A stretch of DNA of 64,000 bases, from the IMG/VR virus record IMGVR_UViG_2623621010_000003, one strand, 5' to 3'. Positions 29,274 through 38,726 of the stretch are shown here, piece by piece; position 1 is the stretch's first letter; every line of letters begins with the position of its first letter. A program made the position numbers and the translations under genes. Under the pieces are notes generated by a model. The model saw only the letters and a program-made list of their open reading frames with translations, made no database searches and had not been told where the DNA came from. Source of the stretch: an uncultured virus (IMG/VR IMGVR_UViG_2623621010_000003). Its lineage: Duplodnaviria > Heunggongvirae > Uroviricota > Caudoviricetes.

Positions 29274-29431
29274 TTTCTTTTGCAGTGCTGTTCATTGTTT
29301 TGTTTGTGATGGCTTTACTGGTTTTATGGATGATGCTGGATTACCAGTACATTCGTATGCAAAGCATGTTGAAACAGGAATATAGCGTAATTGAGCGTTT
29401 GACGGTAAAGGTTAAAGTCAAGGAGGTGTAA
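29270..29431 (+). CDS. small membrane protein (53 aa)
   Basis: ATGA overlap with the preceding gene; hydrophobic N-terminus. Confidence 0.55.
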   Translation: MISFAVLFIVLFVMALLVLWMMLDYQYIRMQSMLKQEYSVIERLTVKVKVKEV

Positions 29432-29512
29432 ATGTGGCTTTATCCTTTTTTAATGGGGACGTTAATCGGCTGTATTTCTGTCAGTATTTTTTTCTTATAT
29501 TTCATTAGTTAA
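29432..29512 (+). CDS. small hydrophobic peptide (26 aa)
   Basis: AGGAGG RBS; MWLYPFLMGTLIGCISVSIFFLYFIS. Confidence 0.45.
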   Translation: MWLYPFLMGTLIGCISVSIFFLYFIS

Positions 29513-29557
29513 ATCGTATTTCACTTAGCAAATCACATTCAAAAATAAAAATCACAA

Positions 29558-29580
29558 TTTGTAGCATCCCCTCTTACAAA
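29558..29580. promoter_or_regulatory. fifth Ogr-type box
   Basis: Identical to 9888-9910, not upstream of a known structural gene. Confidence 0.7.
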
Positions 29581-29698
29581 TTGAAGTCCGTGAAAAATGC
29601 TTCTTTCAAAAATAGACTCATCAGACAAAACAAAACCCCAAAGATTCAGAGTCTTTGAGGTTTCTGTATTCAATCCCTACACAACTAAGGATCAAATC

Positions 29699-29845
29699 AT
29701 GTCTGAAAGTATAGCATTAATCATCAAAAGTTTTGAGGTAATCATGGAAAAATATGGCTACTGGAAAGTTAGTATTCTCATTTTATTGTGCATGATCATC
29801 TGGCGATGTTCGTATATTATTGCAGCACTAAAATTATGGTTTTAA
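29699..29845 (+). CDS. small membrane peptide (48 aa; alternative start MEKYGYW)
   Basis: TAAGGA RBS; hydrophobic/cationic C-terminal half. Confidence 0.55.
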   Translation: MSESIALIIKSFEVIMEKYGYWKVSILILLCMIIWRCSYIIAALKLWF

Positions 29846-29902
29846 CTGCCATAAGCATTCTTAATGTTCATTTAAAAGCTCGTTTTCGAGCTTTTACATG
29901 GT

Positions 29903-30877
29903 TTACTTTTTAGCAACATCTGCAACAGACTTAGCAGCTTCTGAACTAGCTTTAAGAATTTCTGATGCTGCTTTTAAATTATTTAATAAAGCCTCATTGA
30001 TATGAAAATCTTCATTTTCAACTCTTGTAACACCAAAATACTTCGATATAAGTGATAACTTTACTTCTTCAATCTTTTCGTCTGATACACCTTTTAAATA
30101 AGGTCCCATAGCTTTTAACTCTAAAGCTGTAGACTGCTCAATCTGTGCCATCTTTCTATGTTGAGATGAACGCTTAATAAAATAAGTACAGAGCGCAACA
30201 ACAATACCAGTCATAAAAATTTTGGAGACAATAAAAAAAATTATTGACTGTGTATTCATAAGTGTTTCTAATGACTGATATTTTTCAAACGACGCATATG
30301 TAAAAATACCTGCACCAATTAGAACTGCAATAAAGAGGAGTTCAAAAAAAATTGCTAAATTAAAATTATTCTTACTGCTCGTGTTATAAATATTATAAGC
30401 CTCTAAATTTCCTTCAAAAATTTGGGCTGCTGTATAGTTTTCAATTTTACTGCGTAACACACTCACTTCATCATCAATCATCTTCTTAGCTGACATTTTT
30501 TGACTAATAAAGTTTGATGCAAAAATTTTATATTCATCTAGCCAACCCATAACATTAGTAGGTATCCATTTATCTCCATAAATAAATTTTCCATCTTTAC
30601 CAAACTTTAATTTTCTAATATGGTAAACGGATAATGAATCTAATTTCTCAGAGATATATTGATCTAATACTTCATCTATTAAATTTTTATTATCTTGCAA
30701 AAAGCTATAAAAGTCTTGGAGAGTTCTCGCACAACTATCCATTCCTGACTTGAACTCAATTTTATCATTTTCAGAATAGTCATCAGGAAAAATAACTTTT
30801 CCATCAAGAAATAACTGATAAAAACCTTTAAATTCAGTTAAAATTTGGTCCATCCTAATTTGAGAATTTAATGTCAT
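29903..30877 (-). CDS. coiled-coil + 2-TM hypothetical protein (paralog A)
   Basis: C-terminal YFIKRS..HR..A...T.LEL.A..PY...KYFG shared with 31773 and 32792. Confidence 0.75.
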   Translation of the reverse strand: MTLNSQIRMDQILTEFKGFYQLFLDGKVIFPDDYSENDKIEFKSGMDSCARTLQDFYSFLQDNKNLIDEVLDQYISEKLDSLSVYHIRKLKFGKDGKFIYGDKWIPTNVMGWLDEYKIFASNFISQKMSAKKMIDDEVSVLRSKIENYTAAQIFEGNLEAYNIYNTSSKNNFNLAIFFELLFIAVLIGAGIFTYASFEKYQSLETLMNTQSIIFFIVSKIFMTGIVVALCTYFIKRSSQHRKMAQIEQSTALELKAMGPYLKGVSDEKIEEVKLSLISKYFGVTRVENEDFHINEALLNNLKAASEILKASSEAAKSVADVAKK

Positions 30878-31025
30878 CTTAATTCTTAAACCCTAATAAA
30901 GTCGTTTCCAAAGATTTCTCTAATTTATTTAGCATCCACTAAGCCCTTCTCTTGCCCATTAATTTATCTTATTCCACCCAAAACAAATGCAAATACATTA
31001 TGCAAAAGGTAATGTATCAACCCTT

Positions 31026-31769
31026 TTAAGCAGCTTCGTCTAAAGCATTTCTTTTACTTTTATCTTTGTTAATTTTTTCTAGTTTTAAAAAATTCTGTGC
31101 AGCTTCTGGCTTTAAAAAGCCCCAGAGCACATACAAAGAGAATATGAAAACCGCGATAAAAAAGAGAAACACTACAGTGAATACACTACTTGAAATTGCT
31201 GGAGCCTGTTCTTTGTAAAGGACAGGAAGAAGTATCATTAAAATTAAAGGGCTTGCCCCAAATATATTAATAAGAATGTACCAAAATGTACCCCATAAAG
31301 AATCAGACTTTAATTTCTTCTCAGTATACTTAGGCTTTAATTTGTATAGATTTGTTTCTTCATCCTTTTCAAGATAATCTTTTCCTATTTTAAACAGCTT
31401 CACCGCTTTTACTCGGTCACGACACGACATAATAAGTGATAGCAAATCTAAATCTTTATTTTTGATATTTAGATAATTCTCAAGCTTTGAAACCTTAACG
31501 TGGTACTCCAACTCACTAGCATATTCTTTTAAAAACTCATCTTCTAAAAGCTTTTCATGCTCAGTAATTTGTTCGTTACGCTTTTTTCTTCTGTGGTCTG
31601 AATAGTCTCTTATACCTGCGACCACGCCAGATTTAGCAATGAAATAAGTAGCTGCCACCAACGCGGCAATAACAATCAAAGCATAGATAAGTTCTAGGCC
31701 ATAATTTTGTTCTAAAATTTTTAGGAATACTTGGGTCGCATCTAAGTCACCATTCAAATTAACCGCCAT
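31026..31769 (-). CDS. 3-TM hypothetical membrane protein
   Basis: ORF track; N-terminal and two C-terminal hydrophobic segments. Confidence 0.7.
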   Translation of the reverse strand: MAVNLNGDLDATQVFLKILEQNYGLELIYALIVIAALVAATYFIAKSGVVAGIRDYSDHRRKKRNEQITEHEKLLEDEFLKEYASELEYHVKVSKLENYLNIKNKDLDLLSLIMSCRDRVKAVKLFKIGKDYLEKDEETNLYKLKPKYTEKKLKSDSLWGTFWYILINIFGASPLILMILLPVLYKEQAPAISSSVFTVVFLFFIAVFIFSLYVLWGFLKPEAAQNFLKLEKINKDKSKRNALDEAA

Positions 31770-31772
31770 ACT

Positions 31773-32735
31773 CTACCCCTTCGCCTTCAACACATCAGTC
31801 GCAGCTTTCACCATTTCCGTTGTGCTTTTCATTTGGTCAGAGATCAGGTTACTCATGTCCTTATGAGTTGCGCCATCTATTTCACGGCCAAAATATTTCA
31901 ATGCGAGTTCTTTACGTACTGAAGCAGCTTCTGAAGTTGGAATACTTTCCATGAAACTTGGGTAGGCTTGTAATTCTACTTGAGTTTGGTAGTTCTGGTC
32001 GGCAAGACGTTGATAGTGAGAAGATTGTTTTAAAAAATAGGTGATTAAAGTAATACCGACTACAATTATTGAAGCCTTAAGAACCCAAAATTCAATATCA
32101 CCTAGAAAATCTGGAACTAATAACTTTTTGGCAAAAAAAGTACCTAATGAAATCGTGACAGTGAGCCCAATTGCCCAATAAAAATATGTTCTATATCCCT
32201 TTTCTAAATCACGATATTTTTGAACCGCATTATTATAAATACTTTCAGTTTTTGCATTATCAGCAATATTTCTTAATCGCATATAATGCTCTATATTAGA
32301 TTTTACCTCATTTGATCCTTTTTCTATTTCATTGACAATAACATCAATTGTGTTTTTTATACTTTTCAAATAGTCTTGATGAGCAATACTTAATAAAAAT
32401 TCTCTAATATTATCCAAAAATGATAATAAATTTCTAAAACCATCTTCAGGGAAATCCATATTATTCTCCAACCTAAAAATGGAATTTAGAAATCCTCGAT
32501 ACTCTACCTCCCAATATTTCTTAAAATTTTTCGCAGAGAATAGATTACTTTCTGTGAGAGAGATTATTTCTTCAAATCTCTCTACAATTAATTCAGCTAA
32601 AGCTTCTGAGGTTTTATAGTTACTATCTTTTATATTGACTTTTTTTCTGAATACCTCTAAAGCATTTCTAAAACCAACTATTATCAATTCTTCATCTGCA
32701 CTACTATGAACATTAGGATTTCCAAAATCACTCAC
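31773..32735 (-). CDS. coiled-coil + 2-TM hypothetical protein (paralog B)
   Basis: YFLKQS.HYQRLAD..YQT..EL.A.P.FME...LALKYFG. Confidence 0.75.
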   Translation of the reverse strand: MSDFGNPNVHSSADEELIIVGFRNALEVFRKKVNIKDSNYKTSEALAELIVERFEEIISLTESNLFSAKNFKKYWEVEYRGFLNSIFRLENNMDFPEDGFRNLLSFLDNIREFLLSIAHQDYLKSIKNTIDVIVNEIEKGSNEVKSNIEHYMRLRNIADNAKTESIYNNAVQKYRDLEKGYRTYFYWAIGLTVTISLGTFFAKKLLVPDFLGDIEFWVLKASIIVVGITLITYFLKQSSHYQRLADQNYQTQVELQAYPSFMESIPTSEAASVRKELALKYFGREIDGATHKDMSNLISDQMKSTTEMVKAATDVLKAKG

Positions 32736-32791
32736 CCCAAAACCCTCTCAAAAATTTATAAAAATCTAAAACCAAATCTATTTAAAACCAA

Positions 32792-33847
32792 TCAAGCCGC
32801 ATCTTTCGGAGCTTTATCCACCTTCGGCACTTCCACCTTTGGCGTCAAATCCTTAACAGCTTTTATAAAGTCAGTATTCGCCTTAATGTTCTCATGCATA
32901 AGGTTTTCACCGCCCGTATAGCTTTCATGGTGGATGCCATTCCCAAAGTACTTATAAGCAAGGTCAAAGCGAATTTTTTCTTTCATTTCATCAGGCATAC
33001 CTTCCATATAGCGTGGAAGTGCATCAAGTTCTTTTGCTGTGCGGTAAGCATCATCAGCTAAACGACGGTTCATAAATGAACGCTTTAAAAGGAATGCTGC
33101 AAGTGTTGAGGATAAAATAAGTATCGAAATTTTCTGCACATAAAATGTCGGTGTATGATTGCCATAGAATTGCTCAGCAAACTTAAACTTAAATATTGCT
33201 GTATCAATCTCTGCATACCAACCGAAAAAATAAAGAAATAGAAATGCTAGTGCTATGTAAAATGCGATCTCATAACGTCTTGCTAACTTTTTGAATTTTT
33301 CAGAATCATCTTCAAATATTTCATGTACTTTCTTATTTTTTAAGTCATCAGAGATAATATCAACCTCATGAATTTTATTCAAAAGTTGTATTTGATCTCT
33401 TTTAAGTTTTTCTATTAGATTTTCTGCATCTATCCTATACAATTCAAAATCTTTAACACTTTTCTCTTTTAATAAAAAATTGGTAACATCATATAGATTA
33501 GAATCGATTTCACTAATTATTTCTGACCATTTTTCACTTTCATAGTCCTTTCTTTTTATAATTTTATCTGCTTCATTAATAATACTTTCATTATTATTAA
33601 TTTTAACTAAAATAAATTTTGAAGAAAAATAATCAATTACTTCTATTTTATTTATAATTTCTATTGCATTATTAAAATTTACGAGTATTTCATCCTTAAA
33701 ATCTCTAAGTGCTTTTAAATCATCGGGATGTGGTACATTTAGATTTTTTAGTAATTCAACCATAATTAACGAGAACTTGTGCAATTGCTTATCAAGTTTT
33801 TCTTTACATTCAATAATTGTTAAATCAATTTTCTGGTCTACACCCAC
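32792..33847 (-). CDS. coiled-coil + 2-TM hypothetical protein (paralog C)
   Basis: FLLKRS...RRLADDAYRT..EL.A.P.YME...LAYKYFG. Confidence 0.75.
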   Translation of the reverse strand: MGVDQKIDLTIIECKEKLDKQLHKFSLIMVELLKNLNVPHPDDLKALRDFKDEILVNFNNAIEIINKIEVIDYFSSKFILVKINNNESIINEADKIIKRKDYESEKWSEIISEIDSNLYDVTNFLLKEKSVKDFELYRIDAENLIEKLKRDQIQLLNKIHEVDIISDDLKNKKVHEIFEDDSEKFKKLARRYEIAFYIALAFLFLYFFGWYAEIDTAIFKFKFAEQFYGNHTPTFYVQKISILILSSTLAAFLLKRSFMNRRLADDAYRTAKELDALPRYMEGMPDEMKEKIRFDLAYKYFGNGIHHESYTGGENLMHENIKANTDFIKAVKDLTPKVEVPKVDKAPKDAA

Positions 33848-33885
33848 CCCAAAACCCTCTCAAAACTATAAATATTTAAAAAATT

Positions 33886-34680
33886 TCAATCTTCAAAAGC
33901 ATCATCAACTTCTGGATAATTTTTAACTAAATGATCACGAACAGACTTAGACGTACTAAACACATCACCCGTCCAGTTATCTCTTAATTCAATTACACGC
34001 TCAGACTTAAAAGTTCGTTCACCTTCTGCCGTATCTGCGACAAAATACCAGCGATTATTTCCCCACTCTTTTTGCACACCAGTTACATCAATGAATCTTG
34101 TAGTTACTTTCCCAAATCTATCTTTATAATCAAGCTCATACCGATATAAAGCCGATAAATCCACACCTGAACGTTTTTTAACTTCATGATGGAATTCATC
34201 TTCATCATTACTATCAAATTTTGGAATTTCATTCCAAGGCTGATAACTTGGACTACTTGGTGAAACATAAAGTGTCGGCTCTTTATAACTTGGAATCTCA
34301 GGTACTTTTTCAGGTACGCTTTCAGGAATATTTTGAGGTTTTGCTTGCACACTTACCTTATTATTTTTATCAATATTAAATTTTTTCTTGCTTCCATATC
34401 TAAGAAAAAAGAACGCAGCAACCATACCAATCAAATATAGAATCGCATCTACATCACTTTCTTTTGGCATAGTTTTCTTAGGTATTACTATACAAAGCAT
34501 AATGAATATGATTAATGTAATTACAAACCAATATAAGAGAATATTTCCTCGTGATAGTTGCTGATGATTAATAGTCAAAAAGAAATGTTTTGGTTTAATT
34601 AGATAATAAAATAAAGAAAAAATAAAAATAGAAAAAACACCCACAATAAAGTCAGCTAGATATAGCACTTTCCCACCCAA
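33886..34680 (-). CDS. membrane protein with C-terminal WYL-like domain
   Basis: 3 N-terminal TMs; L.Y.D..G..T.R.I...ERTFK.ER.I pattern. Confidence 0.6.
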   Translation of the reverse strand: MGGKVLYLADFIVGVFSIFIFSLFYYLIKPKHFFLTINHQQLSRGNILLYWFVITLIIFIMLCIVIPKKTMPKESDVDAILYLIGMVAAFFFLRYGSKKKFNIDKNNKVSVQAKPQNIPESVPEKVPEIPSYKEPTLYVSPSSPSYQPWNEIPKFDSNDEDEFHHEVKKRSGVDLSALYRYELDYKDRFGKVTTRFIDVTGVQKEWGNNRWYFVADTAEGERTFKSERVIELRDNWTGDVFSTSKSVRDHLVKNYPEVDDAFED

Positions 34681-34701
34681 TTCACAATTTTTTATAAAGT
34701 A

Positions 34702-34734
34702 TTGACTCCCTTATAGTATCTAAGCTACTCTAAA
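34702..34734 (+). promoter_or_regulatory. promoter/operator of C4-rha operon 2
   Basis: TTGACT...TACTCT with ATAGTATCTAAGC core shared with copy 1. Confidence 0.6.
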
Positions 34735-34846
34735 TTTACCACAGCAAAATCTGTGGTCAGGCCTAGGAAACCTGCATAATCTAACAGGCGTAAAAAAGTC
34801 CGCCCATGCGGCTATTTTTTTGCGTAAAATTCGGCTACGCCTTTTT

Positions 34847-34921
34847 TGGTAGGCTGGATGAGGCAGCTTCGCGCTGGCCGTTACTGTTAGAACGGTTTTC
34901 CTAGCCTTGTTCAGTCTGCCA
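34847..34921 (+). ncRNA. c4: C4-type antisense RNA (copy 2)
   Basis: Same stem scaffold as copy 1 (TGG.AGGCTGGATGA / TTCAGTCTGCCA); loops CUGUUAG and UUUCCUAG match targets at 34763-34787 and 34930-34970. Confidence 0.75.
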
Positions 34922-34979
34922 CCATTACCCTAGGAAAGTGATGGTGTCAGGTTTAAAACTTGACTAACAGGACAAGCCA

Positions 34980-35174
34980 ATGAAAACATTCGCTTCTACG
35001 CATTCGTGCACTCAAAATAAAGTACAAGAACACACCCCCATCTACGATCTAAACGCGTACCTCCTACGCCAAAGAAAACTCAAACACCAAAAGCTACTCA
35101 AAAACTTTGTCGAAACCTCAGTATTTATAAGCATGGCTGCCATGACCTTCTCCATTCTATTTTGGGGAGCATAG
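34980..35174 (+). CDS. small leader ORF with C-terminal hydrophobic segment
   Basis: RBS overlaps C4 target CTAACAG; precedes rha. Confidence 0.6.
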   Translation: MKTFASTHSCTQNKVQEHTPIYDLNAYLLRQRKLKHQKLLKNFVETSVFISMAAMTFSILFWGA

Positions 35175-35176
35175 TC

Positions 35177-36004
35177 ATGAATGAACTCATCGACATCGAA
35201 CATGCGGTCTATATACAAAACGACCTCATCAAAACTGACAGCTTAAAAGTTGCCGAATACTTTGGTAAGCACCATAAAAACGTTCTACAGAAAATTGAAA
35301 ACCTAGAATGTACGCCTGAATTTACATCAGCTAACTTTTCAGCTCATGTTCAAAACATTGGAATTGGTAATACGGCAACCCGTGAATCTAAATATTATGA
35401 AATGACCAAAGACGGCTTTATCTTTTTGGTCATGGGTTTTACAGGCGCAAAAGCCGCCCAAATCAAAGAAGCCTACATTCAAGCCTTTAACCACATGGCA
35501 ACCCAACTGCAAAACCAACACATCTGCGGGGATGATCTAAAAACAGGTGCCATCGTCCAACTGGTGTCGGGCGGTCCACAACTCAGTGTTAGCCAACTCC
35601 TGACGAATGCTCAAGGCATTATCGAAACTGCCGAAGTCCTTTGGTTTCATCAGCACAAACTACAAAAGGAAATTGTACCTATCGCCTGCCTGTGTCCGTT
35701 GGGTGCATCACCAGTGCTACAAAACATCTGGTCGCTCATTTACGACTACGGCATAGACCAACTCAACCACAGTGCAAAGCCCAACACCATTGCACTAAAC
35801 CTCAGCCAATTGCTTGCCTGCATTCCAACTTTACCACCCAAAAAGCAACTTATGCAGCAGCTAAAAACCAGTACTGCGCCATTCCCCCAGTGTATAGACC
35901 ACTCTGTCGCTGTGCGTAGCACCATTGACCGTTCACTGTACCGATGCTTCGTATTCCAAAGTAGCGCAAAGCCACACAGCACCTTGCTTATACAGCAAAC
36001 TTGA
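35177..36004 (+). CDS. rha: Rha-family regulator, paralog of 1863-2669
   Basis: Rha motifs; same three-part architecture; start at MNELID. Confidence 0.85.
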   Translation: MNELIDIEHAVYIQNDLIKTDSLKVAEYFGKHHKNVLQKIENLECTPEFTSANFSAHVQNIGIGNTATRESKYYEMTKDGFIFLVMGFTGAKAAQIKEAYIQAFNHMATQLQNQHICGDDLKTGAIVQLVSGGPQLSVSQLLTNAQGIIETAEVLWFHQHKLQKEIVPIACLCPLGASPVLQNIWSLIYDYGIDQLNHSAKPNTIALNLSQLLACIPTLPPKKQLMQQLKTSTAPFPQCIDHSVAVRSTIDRSLYRCFVFQSSAKPHSTLLIQQT

Positions 36005-36111
36005 ATTAGTTACATATTCATATTGTAGTGCGACATTACAGGTCGCACTACCCTATATTTCGGTACAGATTTTTTAGAAAATAAACCCATGATCAATAGA
36101 CAGGGGGAGCA

Positions 36112-36327
36112 ATGCATTCAACAATCGAAATTAACAGCCATAAAGATATGACTGCCGAACAAATACTGGAAGAAATTCAATACCCACTTGAAAACTTAGA
36201 ACTTACGCTTTCAGCACTTACAAAAATGCATTTAGACCACCCACTTACGGGTGAAGAGTTAACAGCTCTTTTTAACACGCTGCACTATCAAGTCGAGCGG
36301 ATCTCCAAAGCGGTACAGAGCAAATAA
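36112..36327 (+). CDS. small helical protein, paralog of 1651-1866
   Basis: GGAG RBS; alignment to 1651-1866. Confidence 0.75.
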   Translation: MHSTIEINSHKDMTAEQILEEIQYPLENLELTLSALTKMHLDHPLTGEELTALFNTLHYQVERISKAVQSK

Positions 36328-36330
36328 AGA

Positions 36331-36355
36331 AAAACCCCAGCTTAGGCTGGGGTTT
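36331..36355 (+). terminator. intrinsic terminator
   Basis: AAACCCCAGC-TTAG-GCTGGGGTTT. Confidence 0.7.
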
Positions 36356-36469
36356 AATTTTCTAGAAAACATTAGTTACGCCAATAAATTGAAAAATGCC
36401 AAATACAGGTTTAGATTATAAATTGAACAAATAATAATCAATAAGTACAACAACACTGAGGGCTAACCT

Positions 36470-37939
36470 ATGACTTTACTTCAATTAATTAAGGACGATA
36501 AAAATATTCATGGTCAGAATGGCTATATAAATGCTATACGAAATAAAATTAATCTAGAACCAATCTCTGACATTACAGATGATCAAGGCAACCAATATGT
36601 TGATTTAGTGATGGAAGGCGGGACTGTCTGGGGGTTAGCTTTAATAGGCTATACTTACACATTAGAACAAGCTGGCATTCGATTTCTAAACTTAGCAGGG
36701 ACTTCAGCAGGATCAATAAATGCTATGATTCTCGCTTCATTAGGACAATCCTCAGATCCCAAAAGCGAAAAATTATTAAATATTTTTGACCAAATGGATT
36801 TAAAAAGTTTTGTAGATGGCGGTACTCTAGCAAATGAACTAACCAAAGATATTGAACAAAAAGATAACCCTTTTTTTGCGATGCTTCCAAAAATTATAGG
36901 ACTACTCACGCTTGGTAAATTCGGTAAAAATAAACTAGGCATCAATCCAGGAGAAACTTTTGAAAGATGGTTAGAAAAGCAATTGAGTGATAATGGTGTT
37001 ACAACTACAGCTCATCTCTTTAGAAAAATGAAAAATGAAAAATTACAAATAAGAAAGAATGCGAGAAGAATCAATCCTATCGAGGATCTCGAGCGCTTCA
37101 AGAATAATTTTCAAACCAATGAATTAGCTATTATTGCATCAGATATATCTACCGAAAGTAAAATTACATTTCCACAGATGGGATATTTATATTGGGAAGA
37201 TCCATTAAGTATTAATCCTAAAATATTTGTTAGAGCATCAATGTCTATTCCAGTATTTTTTGAGCCTGTCAGATTAGGAAATTTACCAAAAAAACGTAAA
37301 GAATATTGGAGAGCATTGACTGGTTATGATGGGGAACTACCTGATGTGGCTTACCTTGTTGATGGTGGCGTGATTTCAAACTTTCCTATTGATATTTTCC
37401 ATTCACATGACTGTATACCTTTGTGCCCAACATTTGGCGCGAAGCTAGGAATAGATAGAGATAAGCCATCTAAGATCGAAAGCATATCCGACTTTGCCTC
37501 TGCAATATTTGAAACGCTGAGACATAACAATGACTTCACTTTTTTATTTAAGAATGAAGATTACAAACTTTTAATTGCGTATATAGATACTTCACAAAAA
37601 TATTTAGCTAAAGATTCGACGGAAAATAAAAATTTCATAGAGAAAATAGTAGATAAATTCAAAAAAGAAGAATCTGATACCTTTAGTGCTCTTGATTTCA
37701 ATATGTCTAATCAAAAGAAAGCAGCATTATTTGCCTTAGGTGCAAAAGCTGCTTATGAGTTTATTTGTGGAAATGATAAATACCATGAAAACAAATATTT
37801 AACACCAATTCCTTCTGGATCAATTCCTCCATTTGATTGGGAATCATATAAAGATTTACGTAATCAATTGATTGTAGTTGATGCTGAAGAATACAAAGCA
37901 AGGAAACAAAGAATAAAAAGATTCTCTTTATTACCCTAA
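36470..37939 (+). CDS. patatin-like phospholipase
   Basis: LVMEGG..WG, GTSAG nucleophile, RASMSIP.FF, DGG catalytic motif. Confidence 0.88.
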   Translation: MTLLQLIKDDKNIHGQNGYINAIRNKINLEPISDITDDQGNQYVDLVMEGGTVWGLALIGYTYTLEQAGIRFLNLAGTSAGSINAMILASLGQSSDPKSEKLLNIFDQMDLKSFVDGGTLANELTKDIEQKDNPFFAMLPKIIGLLTLGKFGKNKLGINPGETFERWLEKQLSDNGVTTTAHLFRKMKNEKLQIRKNARRINPIEDLERFKNNFQTNELAIIASDISTESKITFPQMGYLYWEDPLSINPKIFVRASMSIPVFFEPVRLGNLPKKRKEYWRALTGYDGELPDVAYLVDGGVISNFPIDIFHSHDCIPLCPTFGAKLGIDRDKPSKIESISDFASAIFETLRHNNDFTFLFKNEDYKLLIAYIDTSQKYLAKDSTENKNFIEKIVDKFKKEESDTFSALDFNMSNQKKAALFALGAKAAYEFICGNDKYHENKYLTPIPSGSIPPFDWESYKDLRNQLIVVDAEEYKARKQRIKRFSLLP

Positions 37940-38007
37940 ATATAACAAATTGAATTTATATTAGTTTCAACCAACTGTTACTCTCACGAGAGTAACAGTA
38001 AATTTCA

Positions 38008-38349
38008 TTATTTAAACTGATTCGCGTAAGTCTCAACAAGTGAAACCAATCCCCCACGCATTTCTTCACGCGTCTGTCTGTACAGCTCTAGCAGCTTCAC
38101 TTCTTCATCAGAAAGCTCACCGCTTTTTACTGGTTGTTTGCCCCACAAAATAAACGGAATGTTAAAGCCGTGGTCTTCTAGCTTGTCCAAATAATCAGTA
38201 TTTAAAGGCTCATTATGCTTCTCAAAACGCCCAACCGAGTTCTTTTTTACCCCTAGTATTTCTGCAAGTTCGTCCTGAGTCTGTATCCCCAAACGCTTCC
38301 GTTCTGCTTTTAAACGACCACCACGAGTCAATAAATCATCATTTTTCAT
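38008..38349 (-). CDS. prophage immunity repressor (XRE HTH)
   Basis: RLKAERKRLG..QDELAE.LGV.KNSV.R.E; divergent from the early operon. Confidence 0.85.
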   Translation of the reverse strand: MKNDDLLTRGGRLKAERKRLGIQTQDELAEILGVKKNSVGRFEKHNEPLNTDYLDKLEDHGFNIPFILWGKQPVKSGELSDEEVKLLELYRQTREEMRGGLVSLVETYANQFK

Positions 38350-38441
38350 ACTTTTTCCTAAAAAAGCACTTGTAAAACACCATATTTAGTACTAAATTTA
38401 GAAACACTAAGTATCTAAGTACGATTAATGGTGATTTTCGC

Positions 38442-38633
38442 ATGACTTCAACAAACATTCAAACAAAACCAAAGCACACAGAACTAACCCAAGTACGTTG
38501 GACTAAAAAACAGCTCAAAGCCCTAAAGAAAATCGCATTCGAGAAAGACACCAAAATTGCCATCTATATCCGTGATTTTATGGTCAAGCACCATCCCGAA
38601 CTGCAAGACACCCCAAGCGACACGCAATTGTAA
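38442..38633 (+). CDS. Cro/Cox-position small DNA-binding protein
   Basis: Divergent from the repressor; basic, RHH-like pattern. Confidence 0.6.
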   Translation: MTSTNIQTKPKHTELTQVRWTKKQLKALKKIAFEKDTKIAIYIRDFMVKHHPELQDTPSDTQL

Positions 38634-38726
38634 TCAAAGCAGTTTTTATGCACATCGCATTGCTACAAAAAAGCAAAAAAGTACACAAACTCATACAGTT
38701 AAGTCGTTAAATTTTAGTGGGTCTAC

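Noticed and set aside
36470..37939. Complete CBASS system
   Set aside because: No CD-NTase or ancillary genes in the window.
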